Origin: Eledone cirrhosa
Lineage: Eukaryota
Reading direction: 5' to 3'
Length of the DNA stretch: 64,000 nt
Assembly: GCA_964016885.1 (NCBI GenBank)
Contig: OZ024743.1
Span: 16,492,001 to 16,556,000 of the forward strand
This document shows, in pieces, positions 35,624 through 47,698 of the stretch. The notes beneath the pieces were generated by a model. That model was not told where the DNA came from. It searched no databases and was given only the letters and a program-made list of their open reading frames with translations. Position numbers and translations under genes: made by a program. Positions within the stretch are counted from its first letter, which is position 1. The number at the start of each line of letters is the position of its first letter.

Positions 35624-38600
35624 CTATAGGCGCATGGTCAGAGTAGGCCCATTCACACGAGCCATTCTCGTCACATTCACACCCACCTTTTAGCAAATCT
35701 ACTGGGGGGAGGGGGGGGGGCATCATTTCTCTCTCCACCCTCACCTTCCTTTCTATGTGAAACTTGAAGAAGTTGATGAAGGGTTGGCCGAAGAGGAAAG
35801 TGTCTGTCTTCAGACCTTTTAACCTGGTCCACCATATAACCTCTTTCGCAACTGCCACCAGAGAGAGGAAAATGTACTGCTCTTCCTGACCTAAGGAGGG
35901 CGGTGGATCGATCTTCACTATGGACTCGGCCGATAGCCGGATTCGTTCCACACGCGACAGTAGCTGTTCGACATAACTCCACAAGTCAGTAATGCACGGA
36001 CATTGGACAAGTGCGTGCAGAACGATTTCGTCGTTCTGTGCGTATCTTGGGCAGGCCCGTCTGACAGCACTTCCGTGCCTGTAGAGTTTATCCCGAACCG
36101 GCAGTGCCTCCCTGTAGCACTACCAGGCGAGGGATTTCTGGAAACTGTCCATCGTTCCCGGCTCAAAAGTCCTCCGGTACAGACTAGTCAGTTCGACTTC
36201 GTCGAGGCCCAAAGCTTCTCCGAGGGCGTCATCGCAATTTCCCACCACTAATCCTCTATAGAACTCGAGAGTGGAAGTTCCACTGATCGCATTGCCCGCT
36301 TGGTAGAGGGCAGTGAGTGTCTGGCAACATTCCAGGTGCCAGTCACCCAGTCTCGGTCTCTTCTTGACCCAGGACTTCAGCTCAGTCAAAGAAATGAGCT
36401 GGGGAAAGGTCCGTCTGATAAACGGCGACCACACCTGTTCACCGTTGAGGCAGAATATCTGGAGATGCCGCAGCCTCAACGCATGTCTGCGCATCATCAG
36501 CCACGGCATGCCCACCCCTCCGCGTAGAGGGTGTTGGCAGCAGATGGACCGCCTCACCAACGGAACTTGTCGTCTCCACAAGAATTTGAAGAGGAGCCGT
36601 TCCAACTTGACGAGGCGCGGACGGGGGCAAGGGAGGACGGTCAGGCGGTAGTAGATGACGGACGCGATGTACGCATTCGCCACCTCCGCGCGACCTTTTA
36701 GTTATAGCTTCCTCCCAGCCCATTTTTGGGAGAGACTCTGCCCGTTACCTCGTCCCAACTCTTTTCCACCTGGAGGTCTTGTCCGAACCGAACCCCGAGC
36801 AACTTTACCGGTCCGTCCGTCCAGCGCCCCACGACGCTGTTCGACGGCATGGGCTTGCCTCTCCAGGTTCCCAGCTGCAAGCCCACCGACTTTTCCGGGT
36901 TAAGTTTGGCTCCTGTCAACCTTTCATATTCCTTCAATAAGGTGCCGACCACCTCGATTTCTGAGGTGTTCGAAACCATCACGGTGACGTCGTCCGCATA
37001 AGCCGACATCGCCTTTCCACGTCCCGGTTCGAGCGGGATGCCCTGCAACAGCTCCAGCTTCCGCACTAAAGGCTCGAGAGTCAATACGTACAGAAGGGAA
37101 GAGAGAGGGCATCTTTGACAAACCGATCGGGAGAGCCGAAATGGTCCCGAGAGGTGGCCATTAACCTTGACCACCGAGCGTGTGCCGCTGTGCATTGCAG
37201 CGATCCAGCTTCTGAAGACAGGGCCGAAGCCAGCTGCTTTGAGTACAAACTCCAGATACCGATGGTCGACACTATCGAATGCTTTCGATTGATCTAAATT
37301 GATCAGTGCCCCACCGAAGCCAGGTTTACACCCTACCCTCTCTATGATGTATCGCATGAGGTGGAGATTGACGTGTATGGACCTGGCTGGGATTGCGCAA
37401 GATTGCGCCTCCCCAACCAAATCCTCGACGACAAGCGCCAATCTCTTTGCTAACACCTTGGCCAAAATCTTAAACTCTGTGTTGAGCAGCGTTATGGGCC
37501 TGAAGTTGTCTAATGTATCCCTATTTTTCTCGTCTTTCCTTATCCGCGTCACCACTCCCCTGCTCACAGAACTGGGAATACTCCCATTCTGCTGCCAGTT
37601 GCAGTAAAGTGCTTCGAGGAGTTCGGAGAAGAAGTCTGGCATATTTACGTAAAGCTCTGGGCAGGCCATCCAAACCTGGTGACTTACGCCTTATGCAGCC
37701 GACAAGGGCGTCTTGAATGTTGGCTGAAGTAATCGGTCTTTCGCACCGCTCAGCGTCGACCGTCGAGATGCGCGGCAAGCCGTCAAGGTAGGTACTGACA
37801 TCCGCTAATCTCTCTGACTCGCCACTCTCCCCGAACAACCGAGCAAAGTGCTGGCGAAATGCCTCACACATCAGCTTGGAATCGCTTATCTCGTGTCCGT
37901 CTCGGTCCGCCAAGGACCGAATTGTGGTTTTATTACCACGCTGCGCCTCCGCCACGCGGGCCCATCGAACAGCTTTGGTTCCCTCGTTTCTCAGCGCACG
38001 CGCTTTAGCTCTGACAATGCAACCTTCGTGTTTCGCATTGAAGAAATGGTCTAATGCCATGCTCGTCGCCGCTAGCACGTCAGTTCCGATACCACTACAA
38101 ATAGCCTCGTCTAACTTATCTACCAGCTCCCCCTCCTTTCTATTTTTCTCTAACGCTAGTCCTTTGCTGAACTCTAACGATGTTACTCTAATCTCTCTTT
38201 GAGAGCCCCCCACCATCTGTTGTTGATGATCCACCCTGTCAACTTTTGCTTAACTAAATTGTTGACTCGGGCCCTGTAAGCCTTACGTGCCGGAAATGAC
38301 ATGTTCAGCTTCCAGTAACCCGGTCCTAACCTACGCCTTTTATCTTGGTCAATCGTACAGATCACAAATGTGTGATCTGAATAGGCGACCGTTTTAAAAA
38401 GTGGGCAGCCCACACTCTTTCTATCTATTTTCTTAATGAAGATCCTGTCTATATACGATCTAGATGACCCCATTCGGTTGGTCCATGTCCATACTGGCAC
38501 ATTGCGGACATATAGTCGATATCTTTCAGACAGTTGGAACTGGCTGAGTAGGTGCTTGAGGCTTTTGCACAACCGCGCTCCTATCGACTACTCCCACACA

Positions 38601-38917
38601 ATCCCAGCGTGCGTCTAAGATGCCATTCCGGTCCCCCGCTAACAGTAAAGGGCGAGACGTACCCAGAAAGGACTCCAGGCGCCTAAAGAATTCCGGTCGT
38701 CCGGCCCCACCTTCCATTCCCGGTCTGCTAACAGATGCTAAGATCTGATAGTCGTCGAAAACGGGGTTTAGTGTGCGCGTGTCGAAAATTCTGGTCTCGC
38801 TGACGGCAATCACATCCATTTCCAGCGACCTGACCTAAGGTCGTTGAGCAGGCGACCCTGTTTCCAGGGTGACCCCAGGCCGCGAACATTTAAACTTCCT
38901 CCTCTTAATATGACCAT
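35624..38917 (-). pseudogene. ORF2 (APE-RT-Zn) of family C, frameshifted
   Basis: MVILRGGSLNVRG start; fragments 38526-38819, 38183-38572, 37521-38234, 36698-37669 (DQSKAFD, YADD), 36120-36683, 35619-35984. Confidence 0.92.
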
Positions 38918-38946
38918 ATTGGTAAGCTAAGAGAGAGAGGGAAGGT

Positions 38947-40946
38947 TTACTTACCTCCCGGGGTCTTGTGGTGGTCGGGTCGTTCGACCTCCATGGTTGG
39001 TGGAGTTTCTTTTGGGAACCCCTTTAAAAGTCTTGATGTGGGTTTCACATTCGGAATTCCCACGTCTTGAGGAAAGCTCTCTCGAATTTCTTTGAAGGAA
39101 TTGAGTGACATTCGGACCAGAAACAAATCTTCTGGCACGCAAAATGTGCTCATTTCAAAAATCTCCCCTTCTGTTTGAATGTCCTCGCTCCGTGCTAAGA
39201 TGTGCATCAGTTTATCGTTGGCCCTTCTGACAAGCACGAAGTTTTTAACATTTTGTTGGTGTGGTTTTATTTGTTTTCGTTCTGGTGACTGTGGTGGTGA
39301 TGGTTTTGGTGGTGTTGTTTTGGGTATGTCTGTGTTTGTTGTAGGTGTGGTGTCTGCAATTTCCGGTATTTGTGTGTTTATTTGTACTTGTGTTTGTTTA
39401 GGTTGTTTGCGTTTCGGGGATTGTGGAGGTGGTGTCGATGTTGCTGTTGGTGATGATGTTATTGGGGAAGTGTTTGCGTTAGTGGTGTCTGTATTTTTGG
39501 TTGTGTATGTTTTTGTGTTTTGTTGGGGCTTTTTTTTTTGAGAGTTTTCTCTGTTCTTTTGCACTTTGCGATTTTCCTTCATCTTCGCTGCTGGAAGACA
39601 AAGGGTTTGTGGCTGTGAGTGTCTCTGTGTCTGTGTGTGCCTTTATTGTTTTGTCTATGTGTATAATTGGGGGGGGGGGGTAGGGGAGGGGGATAGTTTT
39701 CCTCGTTTTCCCCTTGGATTGGTTTTGGTGTTGGTGGTGATCCGGCTGTTTTTGATGTTGGTGTCCGTTTTTTTGTTAGTTTTGGTTTTGGTGGTGGTGG
39801 TGCAGCTTTCCGTGCTAACACTGGCGTTGGCAACAAAGAAGGTTTGCGACCCCCTGCATTTTTGCGCTGAGGGCAGAAGGCTTGCAGATGCGTTGCTTCC
39901 CCGCAGACGAAGCAGCGTGGCCTTCTTCCGTCAATGATTAGTTGGATTGTTGTCCCGTCCTGCAGGCGGGAAAAATCCAGGATGTTGTTCATGTCCTCCG
40001 GTTTCATTTGGAGAAGAATCTCCAATTCCATTCCGTACCACTCCTCTCTCTCTGTCCTTTTGATACCCAGGACGGTAGTGTATGTCCCATCCTCGATTAC
40101 GTATCCCATCAGCCAGCATATGTTCATTCCTGGTGAATTGCTGGGAATGCGGACCTTTACTGTCCTTTTACCCATGTAGGACGGATGCACGATGATGCGT
40201 TCCGTTCTGCAGGGGGCATTCGAGTGCTTAATAGTGAGGGCCCCGGTTTTGAACAGTACAGAGATGGTACCGAACTGTTTGCCTCTTGCTCTATACTCTA
40301 TGTTACTTCCGATGCACTCCATAGCAGCCTCGACCTCTGCTTGGCTGGCAAGTTCCACTTTTCGTGTCTGCACCTATATGGATCGAAAGAACACCGTCCT
40401 CCTTTGCATGGCCGCTATTGCCTCGTCCAGGATGGTCAGGTTTGCCCAGGACTTCTCCCGTTTAATTAGCCTCCACGTTTGGGCCAACTGTTTGTCTTTA
40501 TCGCTAATATCAATATCAATATTCAATAAGCGCTTTGTTTTTGCTGCTGCTGCAGCAAATGTGGTGTTTCTGATGCTCTTATTGTCGGTGTTGTCATTCT
40601 TGCTGTTGTTATTGGTGTTGTTGTTGTTTTGTTTGTTGATGATGTTGCCACTGCCATCTGTGTGTACATTGAAGCTGTCGGTGTTATTGTCGTTATTGCT
40701 CTGAGTTGTTGTTGTTGTTGTGGTGGTGGTGGTGGTGGTGGCGGCGGTGGTGGTGATGTCGTTTTCAGATGATACTGCTGCTATCACAGAAGGTTGTGAT
40801 GGTAGTTTTTTAGTTTTGCCTTCACATTCAGTTGAGTGGATGACAGGCATGACTGTAGCCGTCGTAGTCGTGGTAAAATCTACAGTGGCTGCCTTTACAC
40901 TTTTGACCTGAACGTTGTTTACCGTTTGAAGGTCGAAAATTTCCAT
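38947..40946 (-). pseudogene. ORF1 of family C, disrupted
   Basis: Fragments 40374-40946, 39579-40373 (ARGKQFGTISVLF, PSYMG, CFVCGEATHLQAFC) and 38947-39582. Confidence 0.88.
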
Positions 40947-41173
40947 AATTTGTTGGGGGGTGGGGAGGCGATTTTTTTTCGAAGTTTTTTAAAAATAAAT
41001 CTGAATATTTGGGCTTAAAGCCCGAATATTGAGAGGTATCCCGCTCTTTAAATCAAGATGTGTACCTTAAGTTTCGTTAACGACAAGAAAATACAAAAAA
41101 TGACACTTTAAACATCTTAAAGTTACGAAACATTTCCCCTGCAGATTTGTACTGTCTTCACACATGTGCAGCC

Positions 41174-41572
41174 ATAATAATAATAATAATAATGTATTCT
41201 TTATTAACCACAAGGGTTTACATAAAGTAGACATTAAGGACAGTACAGGACGGTACAAATGGGAATTTCTAGTGTTGGCAAACGTAGTAATATTTACAAT
41301 GGTGGTGTCGGTGTGAGGTGTTAGTTTGTGAGGAAGGCTCTCAGCTGCTTGGTGCAGAGGTGAATCAGCCATGAATTTTTGAAAGAAATTTTTTGATAAT
41401 CATAAAAGTTTAAATTTTGGGCACAAGGCCCCAATCTTTTTGGGTGTCCTTTTGGGAAAACAATGTATGTAGAGTTAACAATAAAAAATTTCAATAAATG
41501 GCAATTTTTAACAAAGGGAAACAACACACTTTTGCGGAGCTAACCATGATACGATTTACTACGTAGGTCGTC
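41174..41572 (-). mobile_element. 379-bp internally deleted non-autonomous derivative of variant B (41194-41572) plus (TTA)n tail
   Basis: 41572-41270 matches the B 5'UTR/ORF1 start (12984-13288); 41270-41194 matches the last about 75 bp of the A/B 3'UTR. Confidence 0.9.
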
Positions 41573-41588
41573 AATAATAATAATAATG

Positions 41589-41631
<43 letters not shown>

Positions 41632-41891
41632 TTTCTTTATTAACCACAAGGGTTTACATAAAGTAGACATTAAGGACAGTGCAGGACAATGCAGGACGGT
41701 ACAAATGGGCATTTCTGCGTGTAAAAAAACAAAAACAGAGGATGTAACAAAAATAACAATGAAAATAACAATGAAAAATTCCCCAATAAGGGGGAGACTT
41801 CGGAGGGACATTTGTGGAGAAAGCCCAGTAAAAAGCCACAATGACCCTGACCACCAAGGCAAGTGCCCTCTCCCAGTTTTCCACCTTTAGT

Positions 41892-44800
41892 TTACAGATA
41901 TATACTCAGAGTCGGCCCATTCACTCGGGCCATTCTTGCTTCTCTCACCCATCTTTCAACAAAATGCTGGGAAGAGAGCACTTCCTTCTCTACTCTGATT
42001 TTCCTTTTCAAATGAAATTTGAAAAAGTCAATCAGAGCATCACCGAAGAGGTAAGTGCTCGTCTTCAGCCCTTTCAAACGTGTCCACCATACTATCTCTT
42101 TCGCCATGGCCACCAGACAGATAAAAACTGCCTGCCCTTCCCGGCTAAAGGAGGAGGGCGGGGCAATCCTCACGATAGACTCAGATGATAGCTGGATCCG
42201 TCCTAAACGCGACAGCAGGTGTTCGACATAAACCCACAAGTCAGCAATTTTCGGACACTGGACGAGTGCGTGCAGGACGGTTTCGTCGCCCTGCGCGCAT
42301 CTCGGACATGCCCGGCTGACGGCACCTCCATGCCTGTAGAGTTTATCCCGAACTGGCAAGGCTCCTCGGTAGCACTGCCAGGCCAGAGATTTCTGGAAGT
42401 TGTCCATAGGCCCCGGCCCGAAAGTTCTTCCGAAGAGATTGGCTAGTTGATTTTCGTCGACGCCTAGAGTTTCCCCAAGTACGTCGTCGCTCTTCCCCTC
42501 CACTAATCCTCTATAGAACGCCGAGGTAGAGTTTCCACCGATCACATTGCCCGATTGGTCGAGGGCTGTGAGCGCCTGAAGACATTCCAGTCTCCAGGCG
42601 CTCCCTCTCGGTCTTCGCTTGACCCAGGACTGCAGCTCCGTCAAGGAAACGAGCTGGGGAAAAACGCGTCTAGCAAACGGCGACCACACCTGATCACCGT
42701 CGAGGAAGAGGTGGAGATGTCGTAGCCTGAGCGCGTGCATGCGCATCATCAGCCACGGCATGCCCAGCCCTCCACGTAGCGGGTGTTGACAACAGATGGA
42801 CCGCCTGACCATCGGAGCACGTCCCTTCCACAAAAAGCGAAAGAGCAAACGCTCCAGCGCAGTCAGGCGAGGCTTAGGACAAGGTACGACGGTTAGGCGG
42901 TAGCAGATGACAGACGCGATGTACGCGTTAGCCACCTCCGCTCGACCTTTCAGGGATAGCTTCCTCTCCGCCCATTTCTGGGTGAGAGAAGCCACCCTGC
43001 TCGTCACCTCGTCCCAGTTTTTGTCCGTCTGGAGGTCCGGACCGAACCAGACCCCTAGCAATTTAACCGGTCCGTCCGTCCAGCGCCCGACGACGCTGTT
43101 GGACGGCATGGACCTGCCTCTCCAGGTGCCGAGCTGCAGGCCCACTGACTTTTCCTGGTTGATCATTGCTCCTGTCACCGCTTCGTATTCTCTTAGTGTA
43201 GTGCCGATCGCCTCGATGTGTTTGGCGTTCGACACCACTACGGTGACATCGTCCGCATATGCTGACACGGATCTTCCGCATCCTAGTTCGCGCGGGACTC
43301 CCCTCAACGTCTCCAGTTTGTGCAGTAATGGCTCGAGAGTCAATACGTACAAGAGGGACGAGAGGGGACATCCTTGGCGGACCGAGCGCATGATGTTGAA
43401 CGGTTCCGACAGGTGACCGTTCACTCTCACCACAGAGCAGATGTCGCTGTGCATGGCAGCGATCCAGCCTCTGAAGACGGGCCCAAAGCCAGCCGCCCTC
43501 AGGACTGCCGCTAGGTAACGATGGTCGACCCTATCGAAAGCTTTCGACTGATCTAAATTGATCAAGGACCCACCCGTGCCAGGTTCCCTAGCTACCCTCT
43601 CTACGATGTATCGCATGAGGTGGAGGTTGTCGTGGATGGATCTGTCGGGAATGGCGCATGTCTGCGCCTCTCCCACCAGACCACCAACGACAAGCGCCAA
43701 CCTCTTTGCTAGCACCTTGGCCAAAATCTTAAACTCTGTGTTTAGCAGAGTTATGGGCCGGAAATTGTCTATGTTATCCCCCTTGTTCGGATCCTTTCTC
43801 AGCAGTGCCACCGCTCCTCGGCTCACAGAACTGGGAATTCTCCCGTTCTGTTGCCAGTTGCAGTAGACGTCCGCCAAGAGGCCTCCGAACAAGTCTGGCA
43901 TCTGTACGTAAAGTTCATAGGGCAGACCATCCAAACCAGGCGATTTACCCCTTGTGCAGCCAGTCATTGCCTCCCGTACTTCAGCGGCTGTTATCGGCTT
44001 TTCGCAACACCTCGCCTCAGTGGCCGAGAGCCGCGGCAGTCCGTCGAGGTAGACACTAAAGTCCATCCCTCTACCCGGCCCCCCGCTGCCCCCGAACAGC
44101 TGAGCGAAGTGTCGCTGAAAAGCTTCACACATTTGCCCGGGATCGAGTAGCATGCGCCCGTCGTGGTCCACCAAAGACCGGATCGTGGCTTTGTTGCCAC
44201 GACGCGCCTCCGCCACTCGGGCCCATTGAACCGCTTTCGTCCCCTCGTGTCTGAGAGCACGCACCCTAGCTCTGACAACGCAGCCTTCGTGCTTTGCATT
44301 GAAGAATTGGTCAAGGGCCAATTTCGCCGCAAGCACGTCGGTCGCAATGCCTTTGCTAAGCGCCTCGTCTAATTTTCTAACTAGTTCTCCCTCTGCTCTA
44401 TTTTTCTCTATTGCTAAAGCCTTACTAAATCTAATCGATTCTATTCTAATCGCTCTTTTCAGAGCAAACCACCACTTGTTGTTGACGATGGCCCCCGTCA
44501 ACGCCCGCTTAACTAGTTCGCTAATCCGGTCTCTGTAGGCCTTGCGCGCTGGTAAGGACGCGTTTAGCTTCCAGTAGCCGGGTCCTCGTCTATGAAGCCT
44601 ATCTAAGTCAAGCACACAGATCACGAATTTGTGGTCCGTGTAGCTGACTATCTTGAATTGTGGACAGCCTATGCTAGACCTATCTATTTCCCTACAAAAT
44701 ACTCTATCTAGATATGATCTGGATGACCCTATGCGGTTTGTCCAAGTCCACATTGGCACATTCGGGAAATCCAATCGGTACCTGTCAGACAGTTCAAAAC

Positions 44801-45311
44801 GCCTGAGCAGGTTGGTGAGGCTCTTGCACCCTCCACCCCTATCCGCTAATCCCACACAGTCCCAGCGTGCATCTAAGATCCCGTTCCAGTCGCCCACTAA
44901 CACTAAAGAGCGCGACGTTCCAAGAAAGGTCTCCAGACGCCGGAAGAAATCAGGCCGCCCTGCTCCTGTCGGGGCATAGACGGCCAGTAGCCTGAAAGCT
45001 TGCCCGTCTCCGCTGGTCACGTCCAGCACCACCAGCTTACCCTCTGGGTCCAGGAAGATGGCCCGTATGGCGAGATCCAAACCTCTCCGAAAAAGTACAG
45101 CAACTCCTCCACCGGATCCAGGACGGCTGGGAGATGCGTACACATCGTAGCCGCCGAAGATCGGTGCGAAGGGCCGTGCTTCGGAGATTCTGGTCTCGCT
45201 GATGGCCACTACATCTATGTTTAGTGACCTGAGGTCGTTGAGCAGGTGACCCTGCTTCCATGACGACCCCAAGCCACGCGCATTTATGCTGCCTATTCTG
45301 AGTGAGGTCAT
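41892..45311 (-). CDS. ORF2 polyprotein, 1139 aa: APE endonuclease, reverse transcriptase, C-terminal CCHC-like zinc motif
   Basis: Uninterrupted ORF; GSINARG, ISETR, VYAP, GDWN, YLDRVF, TDHK; SPGLDG, FRPITLLN, DQSKAFDRVDH, VRQGCPLS, YADD, KLLGV; CPRCAQGDETVLHALVQC. Confidence 0.97.
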   Translation of the reverse strand: MTSLRIGSINARGLGSSWKQGHLLNDLRSLNIDVVAISETRISEARPFAPIFGGYDVYASPSRPGSGGGVAVLFRRGLDLAIRAIFLDPEGKLVVLDVTSGDGQAFRLLAVYAPTGAGRPDFFRRLETFLGTSRSLVLVGDWNGILDARWDCVGLADRGGGCKSLTNLLRRFELSDRYRLDFPNVPMWTWTNRIGSSRSYLDRVFCREIDRSSIGCPQFKIVSYTDHKFVICVLDLDRLHRRGPGYWKLNASLPARKAYRDRISELVKRALTGAIVNNKWWFALKRAIRIESIRFSKALAIEKNRAEGELVRKLDEALSKGIATDVLAAKLALDQFFNAKHEGCVVRARVRALRHEGTKAVQWARVAEARRGNKATIRSLVDHDGRMLLDPGQMCEAFQRHFAQLFGGSGGPGRGMDFSVYLDGLPRLSATEARCCEKPITAAEVREAMTGCTRGKSPGLDGLPYELYVQMPDLFGGLLADVYCNWQQNGRIPSSVSRGAVALLRKDPNKGDNIDNFRPITLLNTEFKILAKVLAKRLALVVGGLVGEAQTCAIPDRSIHDNLHLMRYIVERVAREPGTGGSLINLDQSKAFDRVDHRYLAAVLRAAGFGPVFRGWIAAMHSDICSVVRVNGHLSEPFNIMRSVRQGCPLSSLLYVLTLEPLLHKLETLRGVPRELGCGRSVSAYADDVTVVVSNAKHIEAIGTTLREYEAVTGAMINQEKSVGLQLGTWRGRSMPSNSVVGRWTDGPVKLLGVWFGPDLQTDKNWDEVTSRVASLTQKWAERKLSLKGRAEVANAYIASVICYRLTVVPCPKPRLTALERLLFRFLWKGRAPMVRRSICCQHPLRGGLGMPWLMMRMHALRLRHLHLFLDGDQVWSPFARRVFPQLVSLTELQSWVKRRPRGSAWRLECLQALTALDQSGNVIGGNSTSAFYRGLVEGKSDDVLGETLGVDENQLANLFGRTFGPGPMDNFQKSLAWQCYRGALPVRDKLYRHGGAVSRACPRCAQGDETVLHALVQCPKIADLWVYVEHLLSRLGRIQLSSESIVRIAPPSSFSREGQAVFICLVAMAKEIVWWTRLKGLKTSTYLFGDALIDFFKFHLKRKIRVEKEVLSSQHFVERWVREARMARVNGPTLSIYL

Positions 45312-45346
45312 GTTTAAAATAGAGTGGAAAAGATGGGAAAGACCAC

Positions 45347-47435
45347 TTACCGTACTTTTGGTAGAGGAGGGATGGTTTTTACATCCCTTTTCACTTGATC
45401 GTCTGGTGAAGGGACCGTTGAATCGTCCCTTCGGCTGGTCGTCGGCTATTCTAAGAGAATGTCTGAGTATACTCTTCGATTGATGGTTCCTCCTAGGTCC
45501 CTGAAATCACCAACTGCGTTGGGGAATTTCGTTTTAATATTTGTGTATTGTTTCTGTGCTATTTTTAGCAGTCTTATGTTAGTTGGCGTTTTGATTGGTG
45601 CTGGTATTATGTAGTCCTGTTGTGAAATGTCTGTGTGTTCAATTATGTAAGTCATTAGTTTCTTGTTGTGTGTATTTATTGCCGTGCATTTGTTTTTCTG
45701 GGGGTGTGGTTCTGCTATTTTCTTGTCGTTGTTGCTGGGTGTGTGTGTTTTGTTGTTGTGTTTGCGATGTTGGTGCTTGTGGTGGTGGTGTTGAAGGTGT
45801 TGTTGGCGGTGGGGTTGTCGCCGGTGGTGATGGTGGCGCTAGTGTGGGTGGTGATGGTGTTGGTGTTGTTGCTGCTGTGGGTCTCTTTGCAGTAGACTTT
45901 ACCCTTTTCTCATTTCTTTCCTCCCTTTTCAAAGGCGACGATGCGCTGCTTCTGCGTTTGTGCCTTCTTACGACCTTTTGCCATCCCTCTCCCACCTCAC
46001 ACTCCATGTCTGATTCTGTGAGGTCGGGGAGGGGTACCAGCTCCACTCTTTCACTTGTTGTTGTTGGTGATGTTTGCACTGGAGTCTCTGTTGCAGCTGC
46101 ATTTGGTATTGCTGTTGTTGTTGTTAGTATTTCCACTGCTGCTGCTGTTTTTGATTTCCGTGGAGTGGGTATGGGTGCCACGGGCCTATCGTTCCTGGTT
46201 GCCGCTTGTCCTGTTGCTGGTAGCCGTGGAGCCGGATTCGGAAGGAGGGGGGTTTTCTCCTTTCTCAGGGTCTTCTCGTTGCAGAAGGCCCTGAGGTGAG
46301 TCTTCGATCCACAGCGAAAGCATTTCGGGCGTTTGCCCTCAACACTTATGGGCAGTTGAGTGCCGTTATCGAAGTCTATCACATCCGGGATAGCTTCGAT
46401 GCACTCCTGGTTGGTTTGGATTAGCATCTCAATGGAGGAGCCGACCCAATCTTCTCTTACTTTTTTCTGTACTTGCAGTACAGTTGTTTTGTCCTCGATT
46501 CCGACGAGGACAGACGCGGCCAGCCAAGAAGGGGTCATTCCGGGGGGGACGTGGGTCAGTTTGACCCTCACAATTTTTTGCCCGCAGTAGGAGGGCACCA
46601 ACACCATTTCCTCGCTCCTTAGGGTCACTACTGATTGGGCCTTTGCCTCCTGGGGTGTGGCAAAAAGTACGTCTACGGTGGCGTATTTTTTGCCTCGGGT
46701 GATGTGCGTTTTCCTCTGCCACACAGACCCCAAGGCTTTTTGTATTTGGGCCTCTGTGGCTCTTTCCACCCTACGGGATTTTGTACTTACTGTACGGTAC
46801 GTGACCGTACAGTGCTCTTGGGTTTCGAAAAAATTTTTCGCTGCCTTGCAGATTGCTCGGTGTCCTTTCTTTGTCACCATCTTCTTCGCTTCCTCTAATT
46901 CCTCATTTGTTATGAGGATTGTTTCCAAGTTTTTCGCAATACCTGCAAATGAGATTGGTTTTTCTCTGCTGTTGTTGTTGTCGTCAGAGCTGCTGGTACT
47001 TTTGTTGCTGCAGGTACTACGACTACTGCCTCCGCCGCTGTTGCTGTGGTTGTTGTTGGTGTTGCTGCTGCTAATGCTGTTGTTGTTTATGCTGCTGGTG
47101 ATGCTGTTGCGGCTGCTACTGTTGTTTTCATTGTCACTGCTGCTGTTGTTATTACGGCTGCTACTGCTATTATTCCTGACGTCAGACGAATGAACTGGGT
47201 TTTCGTATTTCCCGCACACCTGTTTCGTCGCTGTCGTCGTCGTCGTGGAGAAACCTTGCACGCTTTGCACGAGACTTTTCTTTTCTTTCGTCGCTTGCGA
47301 AAAAGAAGGGAGGGAGAGAGACACATTTAAAGAAGGGAGGGAGAGAGACAATCTTCTCTCTGCTGTAGTGATGATTGAGGAAGAAGAAGACGGAATGAGT
47401 GGGAGTGACGTATGAAATTTCTTTTTGGTAGCCAT
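45347..47435 (-). pseudogene. ORF1 of copy A3: open for about 575 codons, then a small deletion (frameshift near 45705) and a stop at 45446
   Basis: ORFs 45639-47477 and 45446-45655 compared with A2 ORF1; knuckle CFRCGSKTHLRAFC is intact. Confidence 0.88.
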
Positions 47436-47649
47436 GTTTTTTTTGTTTAAAATGAAATTTTGGGTACAAAACCCCAATAACTGGTTATTTAACCCCGAAG
47501 GGCCAAATAACGGACAGAAAGACCCCTCTCACGAGGAGGAGGGTGTCTTTATCAACAATTTGGTTCAAGTTTTAAACAATTTACAATTGTTTTAACGGTT
47601 AAAAATTACTATACCTTACAGAGCCGAGCCTCCGTCAACCATGGCATTC

Positions 47650-47698
<49 letters not shown>

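Larger units (their letters stand above)
35315..41173 (-). mobile_element. Tx1-clade retrotransposon family C (divergent, full length, decayed) with (TTA)n tail
   Basis: Starts GGCTGCACATGTG after (TTA)n at 41174-41193; ORF1 and ORF2 remnants; ends GGCCCTTGTGGCTAATAAATGAAATC plus tail 35315-35344. Confidence 0.92.
41573..47649 (-). mobile_element. Tx1-clade retrotransposon family A, copy A3 (young; intact ORF2) with (TTA)n tail
   Basis: 5' GAATGCCATGG at 47649; body end 41630; tail 41573-41629. Confidence 0.97.
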
